DNA from: Octopus vulgaris
Taxonomy: Eukaryota
NCBI GenBank assembly: GCA_951406725.2
Contig: OX597839.1
Location: 39,184,001 to 39,248,000 of the forward strand
Length of the DNA: 64,000 bases
Direction: 5' to 3'
How positions within the stretch are numbered: the stretch's first letter is position 1; each line of letters starts with the position of its first letter. A model generated the notes under the pieces. It made no database searches. It saw nothing but the letters and a program-made list of their open reading frames with translations, and was not told the DNA's origin. Of this stretch, positions 42,711-56,226 are shown piece after piece. Position numbers and translations under genes: made by a program.

Positions 42711-42861
42711 ACACACACACAAACCCCAAATAAAAACAAAATCTGTTAGGGTACACAAGTTCACATCAACAATCTTGCAAATCCAACTCAAAACCGAAAT
42801 ACAAAATATTTATTGTATATTTAATTTATTATTGTTATTATTATCATCATCATCATCATCA

Positions 42862-42900
<39 letters not shown>

Positions 42901-42905
<5 letters not shown>

Positions 42906-43095
42906 CCTCCGACTTCGCTAAGGCGGAGGTATTGTTTTCAGTCGTGTTTGCTTGCTTGTTTGTCCATGGACAAGATATCTGAAGAACCGCTGGATGGATT
43001 CGGATGAAGCTTTCAGGGATGTTTGGCCTGGTGACTGGCACGAATTGATTAGATTTTGGGATCGATACGCTAACGGACAAGGATTCTGGATTATT
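42901..43095 (+). mobile_element. Helentron-associated (HINE/DINE-like) non-autonomous element, one end
   Basis: TT-flanked terminal hairpin ACCTCCG..CGGAGGT, then (GTTT)/(GCTT) microsatellite and GGATTCGGATGAAGCTTTCAGG. Confidence 0.6.
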
Positions 43096-43374
43096 TATGT
43101 TTACATGATTACGATCTTACGTTGACTTTCAAGTCTTTCTCAGTTATCTCCTTTTAGGCTGTTTCCAAAGTTTTATTTTTTGTTTCTCTATTCTTAATTT
43201 TACTCGCGTCTCTATCTTAGTAGAAACTGATGGATAAAGAAATCAAACTACATAAAAATAAACAGGCGGCAGCAAAACCATTCAGAAATCAAATAACACT
43301 AACATATTTTTATAATATACATGTTATATATATTATACATACATGTTAACACTTTACAGTATACTTACATATAT

Positions 43375-43685
43375 CACCGTGATCACCGTGACCGACCAGG
43401 CTATCAGATGTTGCTACACATCGCTGGTCACAATGCACTTCGCATTGTTTTTAGGCTTGAAGTGACGCCACCCCGCTGGCTAAGCGAGCAGGCCAACAGA
43501 AGAAAGAGTGAGAGAAAGTTGTGGCGAAAGAGTACAGCAGGGACCCGTCACCTCCCCCTGCCGGAGCCTCGTGGAGCTTTAGGTGTTTTTGCTCAATAAA
43601 CACTCACATCTCCCGGTCTGGGAAACGAAACCGCGATCCTACGACCGCGAGTCCGCTGCCCTAACCAATGGGCCATTGCGCCTCC
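43375..43685 (-). mobile_element. SINE-C with tail type 2, full length
   Basis: Same tRNA head as the other C copies. 16-bp TSD GTATACTTACATATAT at 43359-43374 and 43686-43701. Confidence 0.92.
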
Positions 43686-44019
43686 GTATACTTACATATA
43701 TACATACATCTATACATAGATCTAACACAACAGGAATACTAATGGAAGGCCGGAATTTAAGAGAAGAGAAAACCAAAAGGTCTCATGATATTCATTTAAA
43801 AATTCCTGAGTAGAACTTATTATTATTACCTTCGCCTTTGAAACTATTTTGAATGGTGAATTTGTTAACTTTGGCTTGTATTAGATAAGGATAAATTATT
43901 TATTACTGTTACAAAATTTTCTACAATCACCTTCACATTCCATAACTACCATTGTAATCGACTATACCCCTCTCCCATTTCAGGCCTTGTGCCTATAATA
44001 GAAAAGATTGTTATTTACT

Positions 44020-45410
44020 CTTTATCACAGGTTTTGTTGGAGCACCCGGAGTCTTTCATGGGTAGCGGGTTTACTACCGGCATCCTACAGTAGCATACTA
44101 ATCGTTCTTTTCAGCTATCTAATACTTTCCTGATTATTCTGGCCGTGCCAAGGAGACAAACCTTCTGTAACAGTTCTACCGGACACTCTATTCCAACTTC
44201 CTTTATATTCCTTTTGATGCCTTCTGATACTGTTCCCAAAGATCCAACACTAACTGGCACTAAATTCACCGTTTTCATTTTACATAGCCGGGATATTTCG
44301 TACTTAAGAGGGTTGTATCAAACTATCTTTTCACCTTTCTTTTTTTTACTATTTGTGGGTCAAAGGGGCATGCAACGTCAACTATATAGCACGTGGTGGT
44401 GCACCTTGTCCACCACCACTAGGTCCGGTCTGTTATGCTCTAGCACCTGATCTGTTTGGATTGGGAAATCCCATAGGATTTTGTTAGTCTCCGATTCTGC
44501 AACTCTCTGCGGTTTGTGCACATACCACGTCTTGCCTCTCTCTAACCCCCATTTTCACAGTTTCCAATGTATCCCTTTCACTACCTGATCATGTCACCAC
44601 AACTTATAGGGGTTTTGGGAAAGTCTAGGGCATTCGTTCGTGATATGGGCAATGGTTTCATCCACCCCATTGCAGATTCCACACAGCGGAGACACTTGCT
44701 CATTCCAAAGGCTGACCCTCCAGTTCGTGACCAGAGCTTGGTCCTGCGCTGCCAATATAGTGTTCTCGGTCTCCTTTTTTAGGGTTCCTTTCATCAGCCA
44801 ATCCCACCTATTTTTCCAGCAACTTCTGTTGTGGCTCCATGAAATTGATTGTGTCGTCCCTTCTTGCGTAATTCTTCTTCATGTACTTTTTGTACTTCTT
44901 TCTTTGTTTTTTCCCTTCTTTCTGCTCTCAATACTCCGTCCTTCCTAATTATCACTTGCAAGGTGTCCTTACTTTGAACTAGGTCTCTCATTACGTTCTC
45001 GAGTTCGATACACACAAAGTCTTCCACACCTATCAGTCCTCTTTCTCCATTTGCTCTCTTCATGTGTAGGCGATCAGTCTCTGCATGTGGATAATGGGCT
45101 CCATGCATCGTTAGGAGCTTTCTTGATTTTCTGTCTATCTTCTTCAACTCCTCCCTCCTCTGTCCACTTCAGGATCCCAGCGCTATACCGAAAACTACTG
45201 CGACTGCACACGAGTTTATTATCGAAATTCTCACTCGCCGCAGGTACTCTCTTTTTGTCTTTTCCTTCATGTCCTGGTGTTTGATTCCATCTGCCTCAAG
45301 TATTCCCAGGTATTTATAGCTGGATTGAGGTTGAATTGCCTTCATCATTTCACCACTTGGCGACCATATACCTTCTGTCCTGGCAAGCTTTCCTCGTCTC
45401 ATCCCCATCG
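44020..45410 (-). mobile_element. R4/Dong-clade LINE 3' fragment (RT thumb, CCHC finger, RLE), frameshifted
   Basis: YKYLGILEAD, IDRKSRKLLTMHGAH..AETDRL....GERGL, LKKETE.TILAAQDQAL, CGICNGVDETIAHITNEC, HDQV, ILWDFPIQTD..LEHNRPDLVVVD, LLGTARIIRKVL*. Confidence 0.92.
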
Positions 45411-45460
45411 TAGCACGAGTCCGCGGATTTTTCCGATTATTATTATTATTATTATTATTA

Positions 45461-45665
45461 AGGCGGCGAGCTGGAAGAATCGTTATCAAAATGTTTCGTA
45501 GCATTTCTTTCGTCTGTCTTTACGTTCTCAGTCCAAATATCACAGAGGCCGACGTTGCCTATCATCCTTTCGGGGTCGATAAATTAAGTACTTCTTGAGC
45601 ACTGGCGTCGATATAATTGACTTATCCCCTCTGAAACTGTCGACCTTGTGCCAAAATTTAAAACC
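45461..45665 (+). mobile_element. Diverged SINE-A, tail type 2
   Basis: AGGCGGCGAGCTGG head and family A core. Confidence 0.8.
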
Positions 45666-45699
45666 ATCAATATTATTAATATTCACAGTGTGCACGGAT

Positions 45700-45881
45700 G
45701 TTTTACATTCCGAACCAATGTCCTTGATACCGGGTCACAACCAGTTTCCTTAGATATCGAGGACCTTTCTTAGAATCCTTGCTGTTCCGAACAGAGCAAA
45801 TTTACACCAATCTCAATAAGGGTATTGTTAAGTCTGTTGATGACAGCACCTAGGGTACTTATAAAAACTGGAATTACTTTT
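45700..45881 (-). mobile_element. Another R4/Dong-type extreme 3' end
   Basis: KVIPVFISTLGAV...LFGTARILRKVLDI*. Confidence 0.7.
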
Positions 45882-46691
45882 GCAGGAGCCTTCCTCAGTC
45901 CTTTATTATTGTTGAATGAGAGAGCAGTACATGCCATCAAAGTGACACTGGGTTACAGATATATGAAGCCCAATATTGTCACCAAGATTCCTCGTCTGAT
46001 AAGGATACACCAGGTACATGCATCACCCATATGTGCAAGATATGGTGGCCTTATATCGAGATAAACAGCGCATGACCTTGCAGGTGGGGCCCAGTTCAAA
46101 TTTTCTTGAGGTCGAGTATCCCAGCCCACTCAAAAGGTCCTTGAATAAGGTTTAAGAATGAAGAACGAAACACCCATGATTCCAGAGGCGAATTATTCAA
46201 ACCCAAAAGAATTCCTCTCAACACAAGGCTATGATGCTCCCCCACTACTGCTTGTGATCAGAGATGCACATATCGTCAGCCACCAAGGGACATGCTTAAC
46301 TAGTCAAGGTCAAGCAACTGACAAGCAAATCTGTGGTTTTGAGCAGAATATTTGTTGCTGGCCATCTTTTACACCGACACAAAGCATGTATCCAGTCAGT
46401 TAAGATCAGAAGTCATGAGAACCACTACCTATTACTGCATCGAGGATTAATACTGCCTTCTTCTTCTTCTTCTTCATTATTATAATTGGCTGCAGGAACA
46501 TTACTGAAACAAGTAAAAGAATATACGACGGACATCCACACGGTTTCAGTCTACCAAATTCATTCAAAAGGTATCGATCGGCCCGAAGCTATAGTAAAAG
46601 ACACTTACCCAGGGTGCCACGCAGTGGGACTGAACCAGAAATCATGTGGTTGTAAAGCGAGCTTCTAAACCACGCGGCCACACCCGGTCTT

Positions 46692-47097
46692 CAGGAGTGG
46701 CTGTGTGGTAAGTAGCTTGTTTACCAACCACACAGTTCCGGGTTCAGTCCCACTGCGTGGCATCTTGGGCAAGTGTCTTCTACTATAGCCTCGGGCCGAC
46801 CAAAGCCTTGTGAGTGGATTTGGTAGACGGAAACTGAAAGAAGCCCGTCGTATATATGTATATATATATATATGTATGTGTGTGCATGTTTGTGTGTCTG
46901 TGTTTGTCCCCCTAGCATTGCTTGACAACCGATGCTGGTATGTTTATACCCCCATCACTTAGCGGTTCGGTAAAAGAGACCGATAGAATAAGTACTGGGC
47001 TTACAAAGAATTAGTCCCGGGTCGATTTGCTCGACAAAAGGCGGTGCTCCAGCATGGACGCAGTCAAAGGACTGAAACAAGTAAAAGAGTAAAAGAG
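46692..47097 (+). mobile_element. SINE-B, near full length, head-to-head with an older minus copy at 46523-46684
   Basis: Matches family B. Confidence 0.92.
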
Positions 47098-47776
47098 TAT
47101 ATATATATATACACACGCGCGCGAGCACATGCATACACGGCATCGTGAGGAGAGAGAGAAGGAGAGCGTGAGCGTGACTGTCATCTAGTTCTCATACTCA
47201 CCGTCTTCATCTCTCTCCTATTTTCGGTGCGTGGGTGAGCAGTTTGCACGTGTATAGGCATTGCGTGAGTTCGTTGGCATAGTAGTGATATCTCTTATAA
47301 ATTCTTGAACATTTTTACGAGAACAGAGACGACATTTTCTACAAATATTCTATGAATCACGAAACTATGTAATCTTACATTAATTTTTTTTTCTTTTTTT
47401 TCTTTTTTTTTTTTTTAGAATTTAAACATTAAAAATGTAAAAAAAACAAAAAACAAGGAAGGAAACAAACACACAAATGAAAAGAATGCAAAATATAATT
47501 TTCGGAGATAACATGGAAAAGCAAATTGTAATCAATGCACAAGCATATGTATATATATATATATATACATATAGATATATACATACATACATATAGATAT
47601 ATACACACATATATAGTTATGGGCGTGTGTGTAGGTATTAATCAACATATGCAGGTGAAAGAAGTGGAGCTTAATTCAGATAGCCTCAAGAGACATGGGG
47701 AAACTAATAGTAGTAATGTCGAGCGGAATATCCAGCTATTAAGCATTCATCACACACACACACACACACACACACG

Positions 47777-47824
<48 letters not shown>

Positions 47825-48074
47825 TGCACATATGCATGCACATTCATAAATTAATATCCATTACTTCAAGACCGTTTCTCTTTTTTGTTCCATACCGTAT
47901 CATCAATACGATGCATGTTAGCACAAGTGACTTCCCTTGATTTACAACCCTTTTCCCTTTTAAATACAACAATATATATACACACATATATACATACAGA
48001 CAGATAAACTTATCCATACAGACATACATATATACACACATATATATGTGTATGTAAATACATAGGTGATATGT

Positions 48075-48075
48075 G

Positions 48076-48126
<51 letters not shown>

Positions 48127-48137
48127 CACACACACAC

Positions 48138-48173
<36 letters not shown>

Positions 48174-48320
48174 CATACATACACACTCAGATATATATAT
48201 ATATATATATATATACATACATACACACACTCAGATATATATATATATATATATATATAGATACACACACACACTCAGATATATATATATATATATATAT
48301 ATAGATACACACACACACTC

Positions 48321-48354
<34 letters not shown>

Positions 48355-48372
48355 ACATACATACACACACTC

Positions 48373-48413
<41 letters not shown>

Positions 48414-48716
48414 TATATACATACAATATATATATAATATTTATATATATATATTATATATATATATAATATATATACATACATACATATATATACTATA
48501 TATATATATATATTAGATTTATAATATATAAGAAAAACATATATATATATATATGAAAGAAGCCACAAAATGGTAATTTGTATATAAATACATACATGTA
48601 AATATGTGTATGTGTGTGTGAGGCATGTATATCTATATCTATCTGTGTGTGAGTGTACGTATATAATATATATACATACATATATATATATATATATACA
48701 TACATATATATATATA

Positions 48717-48752
<36 letters not shown>

Positions 48753-48874
48753 TATACATACATACATATATATACATACATACATATATATATACATACA
48801 TACATATATATACATACATACATATATACATACATACATACATATATATATACATACATACATATATATATACA

Positions 48875-48910
<36 letters not shown>

Positions 48911-48918
48911 TACATACA

Positions 48919-48954
<36 letters not shown>

Positions 48955-49147
48955 TACATACATACATACATATACATACATACATACATATATATACATA
49001 CATACATATATATACATACATACATACATATATATATACATACATACATATATATATACATACATATATATATATACATACATATATATATATACATACA
49101 TATATATATATATACATACATATATATATATACATACATATATATAT

Positions 49148-49192
<45 letters not shown>

Positions 49193-49297
49193 CATATATA
49201 TATATATATATACATACATATATATATATACATACATATATATATACATACATATATATATACATACATATATATATACATACATACATATATATAC

Positions 49298-49362
<65 letters not shown>

Positions 49363-49381
49363 CATACATATATATATATAT

Positions 49382-49414
<33 letters not shown>

Positions 49415-49522
49415 TATATGTATACATACATACATACATATATATATATATACATACATCATACATACATATATATATATATACATACATCATACATACA
49501 TATATATATATATACATACATC

Positions 49523-49555
<33 letters not shown>
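48075..49555. repeat. Very long compound (TA)n/(TACA)n microsatellite
   Basis: Directly visible; source of the 290-370 aa YIYICMYV ORFs. Confidence 0.97.
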
Positions 49556-49833
49556 AGCACACGCAGAGACATCCATATACATTCACACAAACACTAATTT
49601 CAACACACATACAGACATGTATATTTATATATACAGACATACAGACATATATATACACACATTCCACACACACACACACACAACGAAACAAAAATAACAT
49701 AACGAAAGCTAGAATTGATACTACAGGGTTTAAGAGAATCCTTACATCTTAACAGTAAAAATAATGAATAACAAGAAAAGAGTTTCACTTTCACTTTCAC
49801 CCTCTCTCCCTCTCCTCTCATTGCATCTTGGAA

Positions 49834-49897
<64 letters not shown>

Positions 49898-50073
49898 TAC
49901 GTTTTATATGAATAAACATAATTTCCTTGTATATTCTTCAAATAAACATATTGCGTATATATTTGAATACGAAGTCAAACACAGAGGCACGCGATCGCAG
50001 GAATTAAAATGTGTATTTTGTTAAATGCGTTTTTACAAACATCTACGTAAAGTATATGTGTGCGTGTGTGTGT

Positions 50074-50109
<36 letters not shown>

Positions 50110-50335
50110 ATTGCATGTGTTATATTTGTTGATACATGTAGATATGCATCGCGTATGTGTTAGACTTTATACCTATCTGTAAATAATATATATATATATA
50201 TATATATGTATGTATTGTGTAAATATTGAATATTTTATATACATTAATATACGAATATGCGCATGACATGTGTATGTATGTGTGTGTGTGCGTGATTGCG
50301 TGCGTGCACATGTGTATGTATGTATGTGTGTGTGT

Positions 50336-50383
<48 letters not shown>

Positions 50384-50857
50384 GTATGTATATATATATC
50401 CATCCATATATCTATCTCTCTATGCCTCTTTCTCTCTATATATATACATACATAGTGATATATACATACATACACGCATATTACACCTACATACATAATA
50501 TACATACAATGTATATATTTGTACATGTGTTATAAATACAGAGAGAGAGACAGAGAGATGTATATGATTATATGTATGGGTATGGGAGGTGTATATATTA
50601 TGCATGCATATAATTATAAATATGAAGGAACATATGTAAGATTAGCATAAATGCACTCAAAATAGAAAAAAAAAGTCACTCATACATACAAACACACATA
50701 CACGTATGCGCGCACATATACATACACACACGTGCATATGTAAGTATCTTTAGAAATACATTTGTGTTTTTAATTTATTTATGAATAAACGTTTTGCTGA
50801 TACTCATAAAATATTCTGTAATATATATTAAAAATGTTTCACGCTTACACACCCATC

Positions 50858-50911
<54 letters not shown>

Positions 50912-52109
50912 CTACAGAAGCACAGATACACACACACACACACACGTTTATTTAGAAAGGCACATGTATGTTATACATACACAATTATTTATTTATATGG
51001 ATGAATGGATATATATATGTATGTATGTATGTGTGTATATATTTATGTGTGTATGCGTATACATATATATTATATATATATATGTTCATACATTTAGATA
51101 TATATATATGTACATATATACATACACATATTTATGTGCATGTAAATATATATATATATATACATATATGTTCATACATTTAGATATATATATATGTACA
51201 TATATACATACACATATTTATGTGCATGTATAATATATATATATATATACAAATACACACACACACACACATGTATGTATGTTTGACATAAAATGTAGCA
51301 TTAATGTCTTACCTATATCACCGTATGGCCCACATGTAGTTTAATATAAAAACCATCTAATGTTTCTATGGTAACCGTTTTACATATGAATTATATTTCC
51401 TCCTCCACAAACCCTGCGTGGGAGCCTGTATTTATATATGTATGCATGTGTGTGTGTGAGTGTGTTCATACGTACATACATACATATAGCAAATAAAGTA
51501 AACCTGGAACGCAGAATAGCCGTGAAAACAGCTTTAAAAACATCGAGTAAATATACTAAGTATACGGGGAAAAAGTGGCCGAAGAGTCGCTACAGGGAAT
51601 CGAACTTCGTACCAGCAGACAAACACTCCAGTTTCACACATTGCAATATCTGTACAGTGTATCCTTCTGCTACAACTAGGAAAATACAGTAGCGTATTTT
51701 CCATCGTCTACAGAGTAACTTCTTTTAAAACTCGATTGCATGAATATTCGTACCCGTTCGAACAGGAACAGCATTTTTTGATCGTTTTTTAAGCGTAACC
51801 TGTAAAATAATCAGTGTTTGTCTGGTGTATCTAGGTCAGAGTAACCTCCAATCATTACCATTCAAAATTACTGCAGTTCATGTTTGTCTGAGTAATATAA
51901 TATCCTAAAACCGATGAGCTTCAAGAATGAAGTTAAAATTTTGGAGAGAAGAACCGCAACTGAAGAGCAAAAATAAGGAAACAAAGGAATGAAGGAATTA
52001 GGGAAAAGAAGAAGAAGAATGCGTGTGGGAGTGGGGAGGAAGGGAAAGAAAGGAAGAGAAAGAGAGGAATATAGGTTCGGAAAACTTGGATGTGCAGAAG
52101 GTATAGAAA

Positions 52110-52287
52110 GCAACAACAACAACAATAATAATAATAAAGAAGAAGAAGAAGAAGAAGAAGAAGAAGAAGAAGAAGAAGAAGAAGAAGAAGAAGAAGAAGA
52201 AGAAGGAGAAGAAGAAGAAGAAGAAGAAGAAGAAGAAGAAGAAGAAGAAGAAGAAGAAGGAGGAGGAGAAGAAGAAGAAGAAGAAGT
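52110..52287. repeat. (AAC)n(AAT)n(GAA)n compound trinucleotide repeat
   Basis: Directly visible. Confidence 0.95.
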
Positions 52288-52730
52288 AAGGTGGGGGTTA
52301 TAGTGCCAAGACATGCATACTTTCAAGGTTCAAATCTAAAAATGGATCATACATACGTAAGAAATGCATTAAAAACACGCATGAGTGAGCGAGTGCAGTC
52401 ATATGGAAACGTGGAGCTATGTTAGAAATGGGTTGGTATATTGAACAGATATAAAAATTATTTTTTCGAAAGATTTAAATCATTCGTTTGTAAAATTACA
52501 AGAAGGTGAACTGTGCAAAGGAGGCAACTATAATGAAAGAAGCGTAAAGAAATATGAAATCTGTGATGCCATAATATTTGTTTCAAATTTTGGTACAAGG
52601 CCAGCAAGTTCGGAACGGATTATAAACAATTACGTCGACTCCCCCAGTTTTCAACTGGTACTTATTTTATCGATCCAGAACGATGAAAGGCAAAGTTTAC
52701 TTCGAAGGAATTTGAACGCAGGTAGTAAAG

Positions 52731-52960
52731 GCGGCGAGCTGGCAGAAACGTTAGCACACTGGACAATATGCTTAGAGGTATTTCGCCCGTCGCTACGTAC
52801 TGAGTTCAAATTCCGCCGAGGTCGACTTAGCCTTTCATCCTTTCGAGGTCGATTAAAAAAGTACCAGTCACACACTGGGGTCGATATAATCGACTTAATC
52901 CGTTTGTCTGTCCTTGTTTATCCTCTCTGTGTTTAGCCCCTTGTGGGTAGTAAAGAAATA
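52731..52960 (+). mobile_element. Young SINE-A nested in an older minus-strand SINE-A (52580-53030)
   Basis: TSD AGGTAGTAAAG at 52720-52730 and 52960-52970. Confidence 0.88.
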
Positions 52961-53119
52961 GGTAGTAAAGATGGTCGAAATGCCGCTAAACATGTTGCCC
53001 AACATGCTGAACGATTCTACCAGCTCACCACTTTATCATAAACAGAGATCAAGCTTCAAACTCTTCCCTAGTTGACTTTGCCCTTCGTCCTTTCGAGATC
53101 GATAAAATAAGTTGATATA

Positions 53120-53515
53120 GATGCAAGAGTGGCTGTGTGGTAAGTAGCTTGCCAACCAACCACATGGTTCCAGGTTCAGTCCCACTGCGTAGCATCTTGG
53201 GCAAGTGTCTTCTACTATAGCCCCGGGCCGACCAATGCCTTGTGAGTGGATTTGGTAGACGGAAACTGAAAGAAGCCTGTCGTATATATGTATGTGCGTG
53301 TATATGTTTGTGTGTCTGTGTTTGTCCCCCTCGCATTGCTTGACAACCAATGCTGGTGTGTTTACGTCCCCGTAACTTAGCGGTTCGGCAAAAGAGACCG
53401 ATAGAATAAGTACTGGGCTTACAAAGAATAAGTCCCGGGGTCGATTTGCTCGACTAAAGGCGGTGCTCCAGCATGGCCACAGTCAAATGACTGAAACAAG
53501 TAAAAAAGTAAAAGA
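53120..53515 (+). mobile_element. SINE-B, full length; followed by SINE-A at 53588-53788
   Basis: Matches family B. Confidence 0.92.
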
Positions 53516-53789
53516 ATAATCGACTAGTCCCCTCACAACAAAATTTCAGGCCTTGTGCCTATAGTAGAAAGGATTATTATCATTGTTAAGGCGGCGAGGT
53601 GGCTGAATCGTTGGCACGCCGCGCAAAATGCTTAGCGGCATTTCGTCCGTATTTACGTTCTGAGTTCAAATTCCACTGAGTTTGACTTTGCCTTTCATGC
53701 TTTCGAGGTCAAAATAAGTACTGGAATCAATGTAATCGACTTGCCCCCTCCCACAAAGATGTTAGGCCTTGTGCCTATGGTAGAAAGGA

Positions 53790-54290
53790 CTCACAGAAGC
53801 GCTGTCAGGCGGGGCTGTATGACATAAGTGCAGATCGACGAAACCGTTCTGCTTGCACTCGTGAAGTGTCCAAGTATTGCTGACTTGTGGAGCTAAGTCG
53901 AGCAGCTGTTGTCGCGTGGGAGACGAATCCGACTATCGGTCGAATCCACTGTGAGGATCACCCCACGACCCACCTTTAACAAAACGGGGCAGGCGATTTC
54001 CCTCTGTCTAGTGGCTTTGGCGAAAGAGGCTGTGTGGTGGACAAGGCTGAAAAGTTTGGAGAAAGACACCTTCCTCTTCGATCAAGCCTGCATTGACTTT
54101 TTAAAGTTCCACTTAGAAAGGAAAGTGAGGATGGAGATAGAAGTGCTACGGACCGGTGAGTAGGAGAGAGAGGACTCTTACTTTTTGTGATCAGGGTAAT
54201 CCTGGGAATGTGGGGTTCCTTAATTGATGCTGTTTGGAGTTTCTTTTGTATCAAGTGGCCTGCATCATTCATGCTATCACATACTTTGTA
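53790..54290 (+). mobile_element. L1/Tx1-clade LINE 3' fragment (decayed zinc-finger region and C-terminus)
   Basis: DETVLLALVKCPSIADLWS*VEQLLSR...LVALAKEAVWWTRLK...FLKFHL matches ET..H....C......W and AK..IW..R of L1/Tx1 ORF2. Confidence 0.78.
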
Positions 54291-54296
54291 TACAAT

Positions 54297-54488
54297 TCAT
54301 TTTGACTGCGGCCATGCTGGAGCACCGCCTTTTAGTCGAGCAACTCAACCCGGGGACTTATTCATTGTCGGCCCAGTACTTATTCTATCGGTCTCTTTTG
54401 CCGAAACGCTAAGTAACGGGAACGTAAACACACCAGCATCGGTTGTCAAGCAATGCTAGGGGAACAAACACAAACATATACACACACA

Positions 54489-54532
<44 letters not shown>

Positions 54533-54694
54533 TACGATGGGCTTCTTTCAGTTTCCATCTACCAAATCCACTCACAAGGCATTGGTCGGCCCGAGGCTAT
54601 AGCAGAAGACACTTGCCCAAGGTGCCATGCAGTGGGACTGAACCCGGAACCATGTGGTTGGTAAACAAGCTACTTACCACACATCCACTCCTGC

Positions 54695-54738
<44 letters not shown>

Positions 54739-54892
54739 GCTTCTTTCAGTTTCCGTCAACCAAATCCACTCACAAGGCTTTCGGCAGCCCAAGGCTATAG
54801 TAGAAGACACTTGCCCAAGGTGCCACACAGTGGGACTGAACCCGGAACCATGTGGTTGGTAAACAAGCTACTTACCACACATCCACTCCTGC

Positions 54893-54934
<42 letters not shown>

Positions 54935-55092
54935 GCTTCTTTCAGTTTCCGTCAACCAAATCCACTCACAAGGCTTTGGGCAGCCCAAGGCTATAGTAGA
55001 AGACACTTGCCCAAGGTGCCATGCAGTGGGACTGAACCCGGAACCATGTGGTTGGTAAACACGCTACTTACCACACAGCCACTCCTGCGCCT
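54297..55092 (-). mobile_element. SINE-B with its 5' half triplicated (about 197-bp period)
   Basis: Heads end at about 54697, 54895 and 55091, each joined through (TA)n. Confidence 0.9.
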
Positions 55093-56226
55093 ATATGTAT
55101 AATTTTATCGTATTCCATTGTCTTTTTCCATTTCTTTCTCCCCAGCCTTTATGTAAATTCTCACACAAATTGTTGTCTGACCATGTGATGTCCCCCACTA
55201 CCAGGCTCCTGTGGCTTATAAAAGAAATTATTACTATTACAGCTGTTGTTATTATTATTATTATTATTAATAATAATTTGTTAGTATATCTTTGTTATCA
55301 CAAATATAATTAATAGTTTTTTGAAATATGTTCGCAGGGCAGTTGAGGTGGCGTGGAATGTCAACAAGTCGAAAGAATAAGGATCACATCAAGAGAACAA
55401 AAGAGGGAACATGGGATCAGGTGACTGGAAGGAAAAGTTATGGGAAGAGTGGCTATGGAGGCAGTTGTCTTTCGAGGAAGGTGGGGAAGGTCAGGAGTTT
55501 TCGTCTGCATGAAGAACACGGAGCCACATGCGAGCTGACAATTTCAATACAGTGAAACCAACTTCTCTACCAACACAACAACAACAACACTAAAATTTTA
55601 ATCCATTAAAATTCCACGCACCATGAAAATAAAATCGCTGTGTGTGTGTGCAATCATTCAGGCGACTAAGATTAAGAGATTAAACATAAAAAGATTAATC
55701 ATCATTTAGTCATAAGTGGTGGTCGTGATAGAGCTAGTATTGCTCATGGTGTGGCTTTGCCGGTTCAAGTTTCAACCAGAACAACTTTCTTACTTTGCAG
55801 TCGATCCCCACCTCTCTCTCAATTTTTTTTTTCTCTCTCTCTCTCTGACATATATAATTAAGATTATTTTTGTTTTCTATTTTTTTTCTTTTTCTTCAAA
55901 ATTCATCAAAATTAATCTCTAATTATTAAATTAAGAATTTTTACAGAATTTCTTTTAAAAATAAAAATAGAAAAAAAAAACTATTGTTAATATTATCTGC
56001 AACGAGCTGCCATGCCAGAATCGTTAATGCGTCGAACAAAATGCTTAATGGCATTTCGTCAGACACTTCACGTTCTGAGTTCAAATTCTGCCGTAGTCGA
56101 CTTTGCCTTTCATCCCTTTGGGGTCAATAAAATAAGTAGTACTTGCGCATTGGGATCGATGTAATCTACTAACCCCTCCCATCAAAATATTTCAGGCCTT
56201 GTCCCTGTATTAGACAGATTATGATA

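Noticed and set aside
47195-47300. Minus-strand GTGAGT donor with a short open frame
   Set aside because: No polypyrimidine acceptor and no recognisable peptide.
48371-49597. Longest ORFs in the window (290-371 aa)
   Set aside because: Pure (TA)/(TACA) microsatellite translations, open on both strands in several frames.
51989-52303. Poly-Glu ORF
   Set aside because: Translation of a (GAA)n microsatellite.
55325-55560. Possible very old CR1/L2 3' remnant on the minus strand
   Set aside because: Motifs are too eroded to call.
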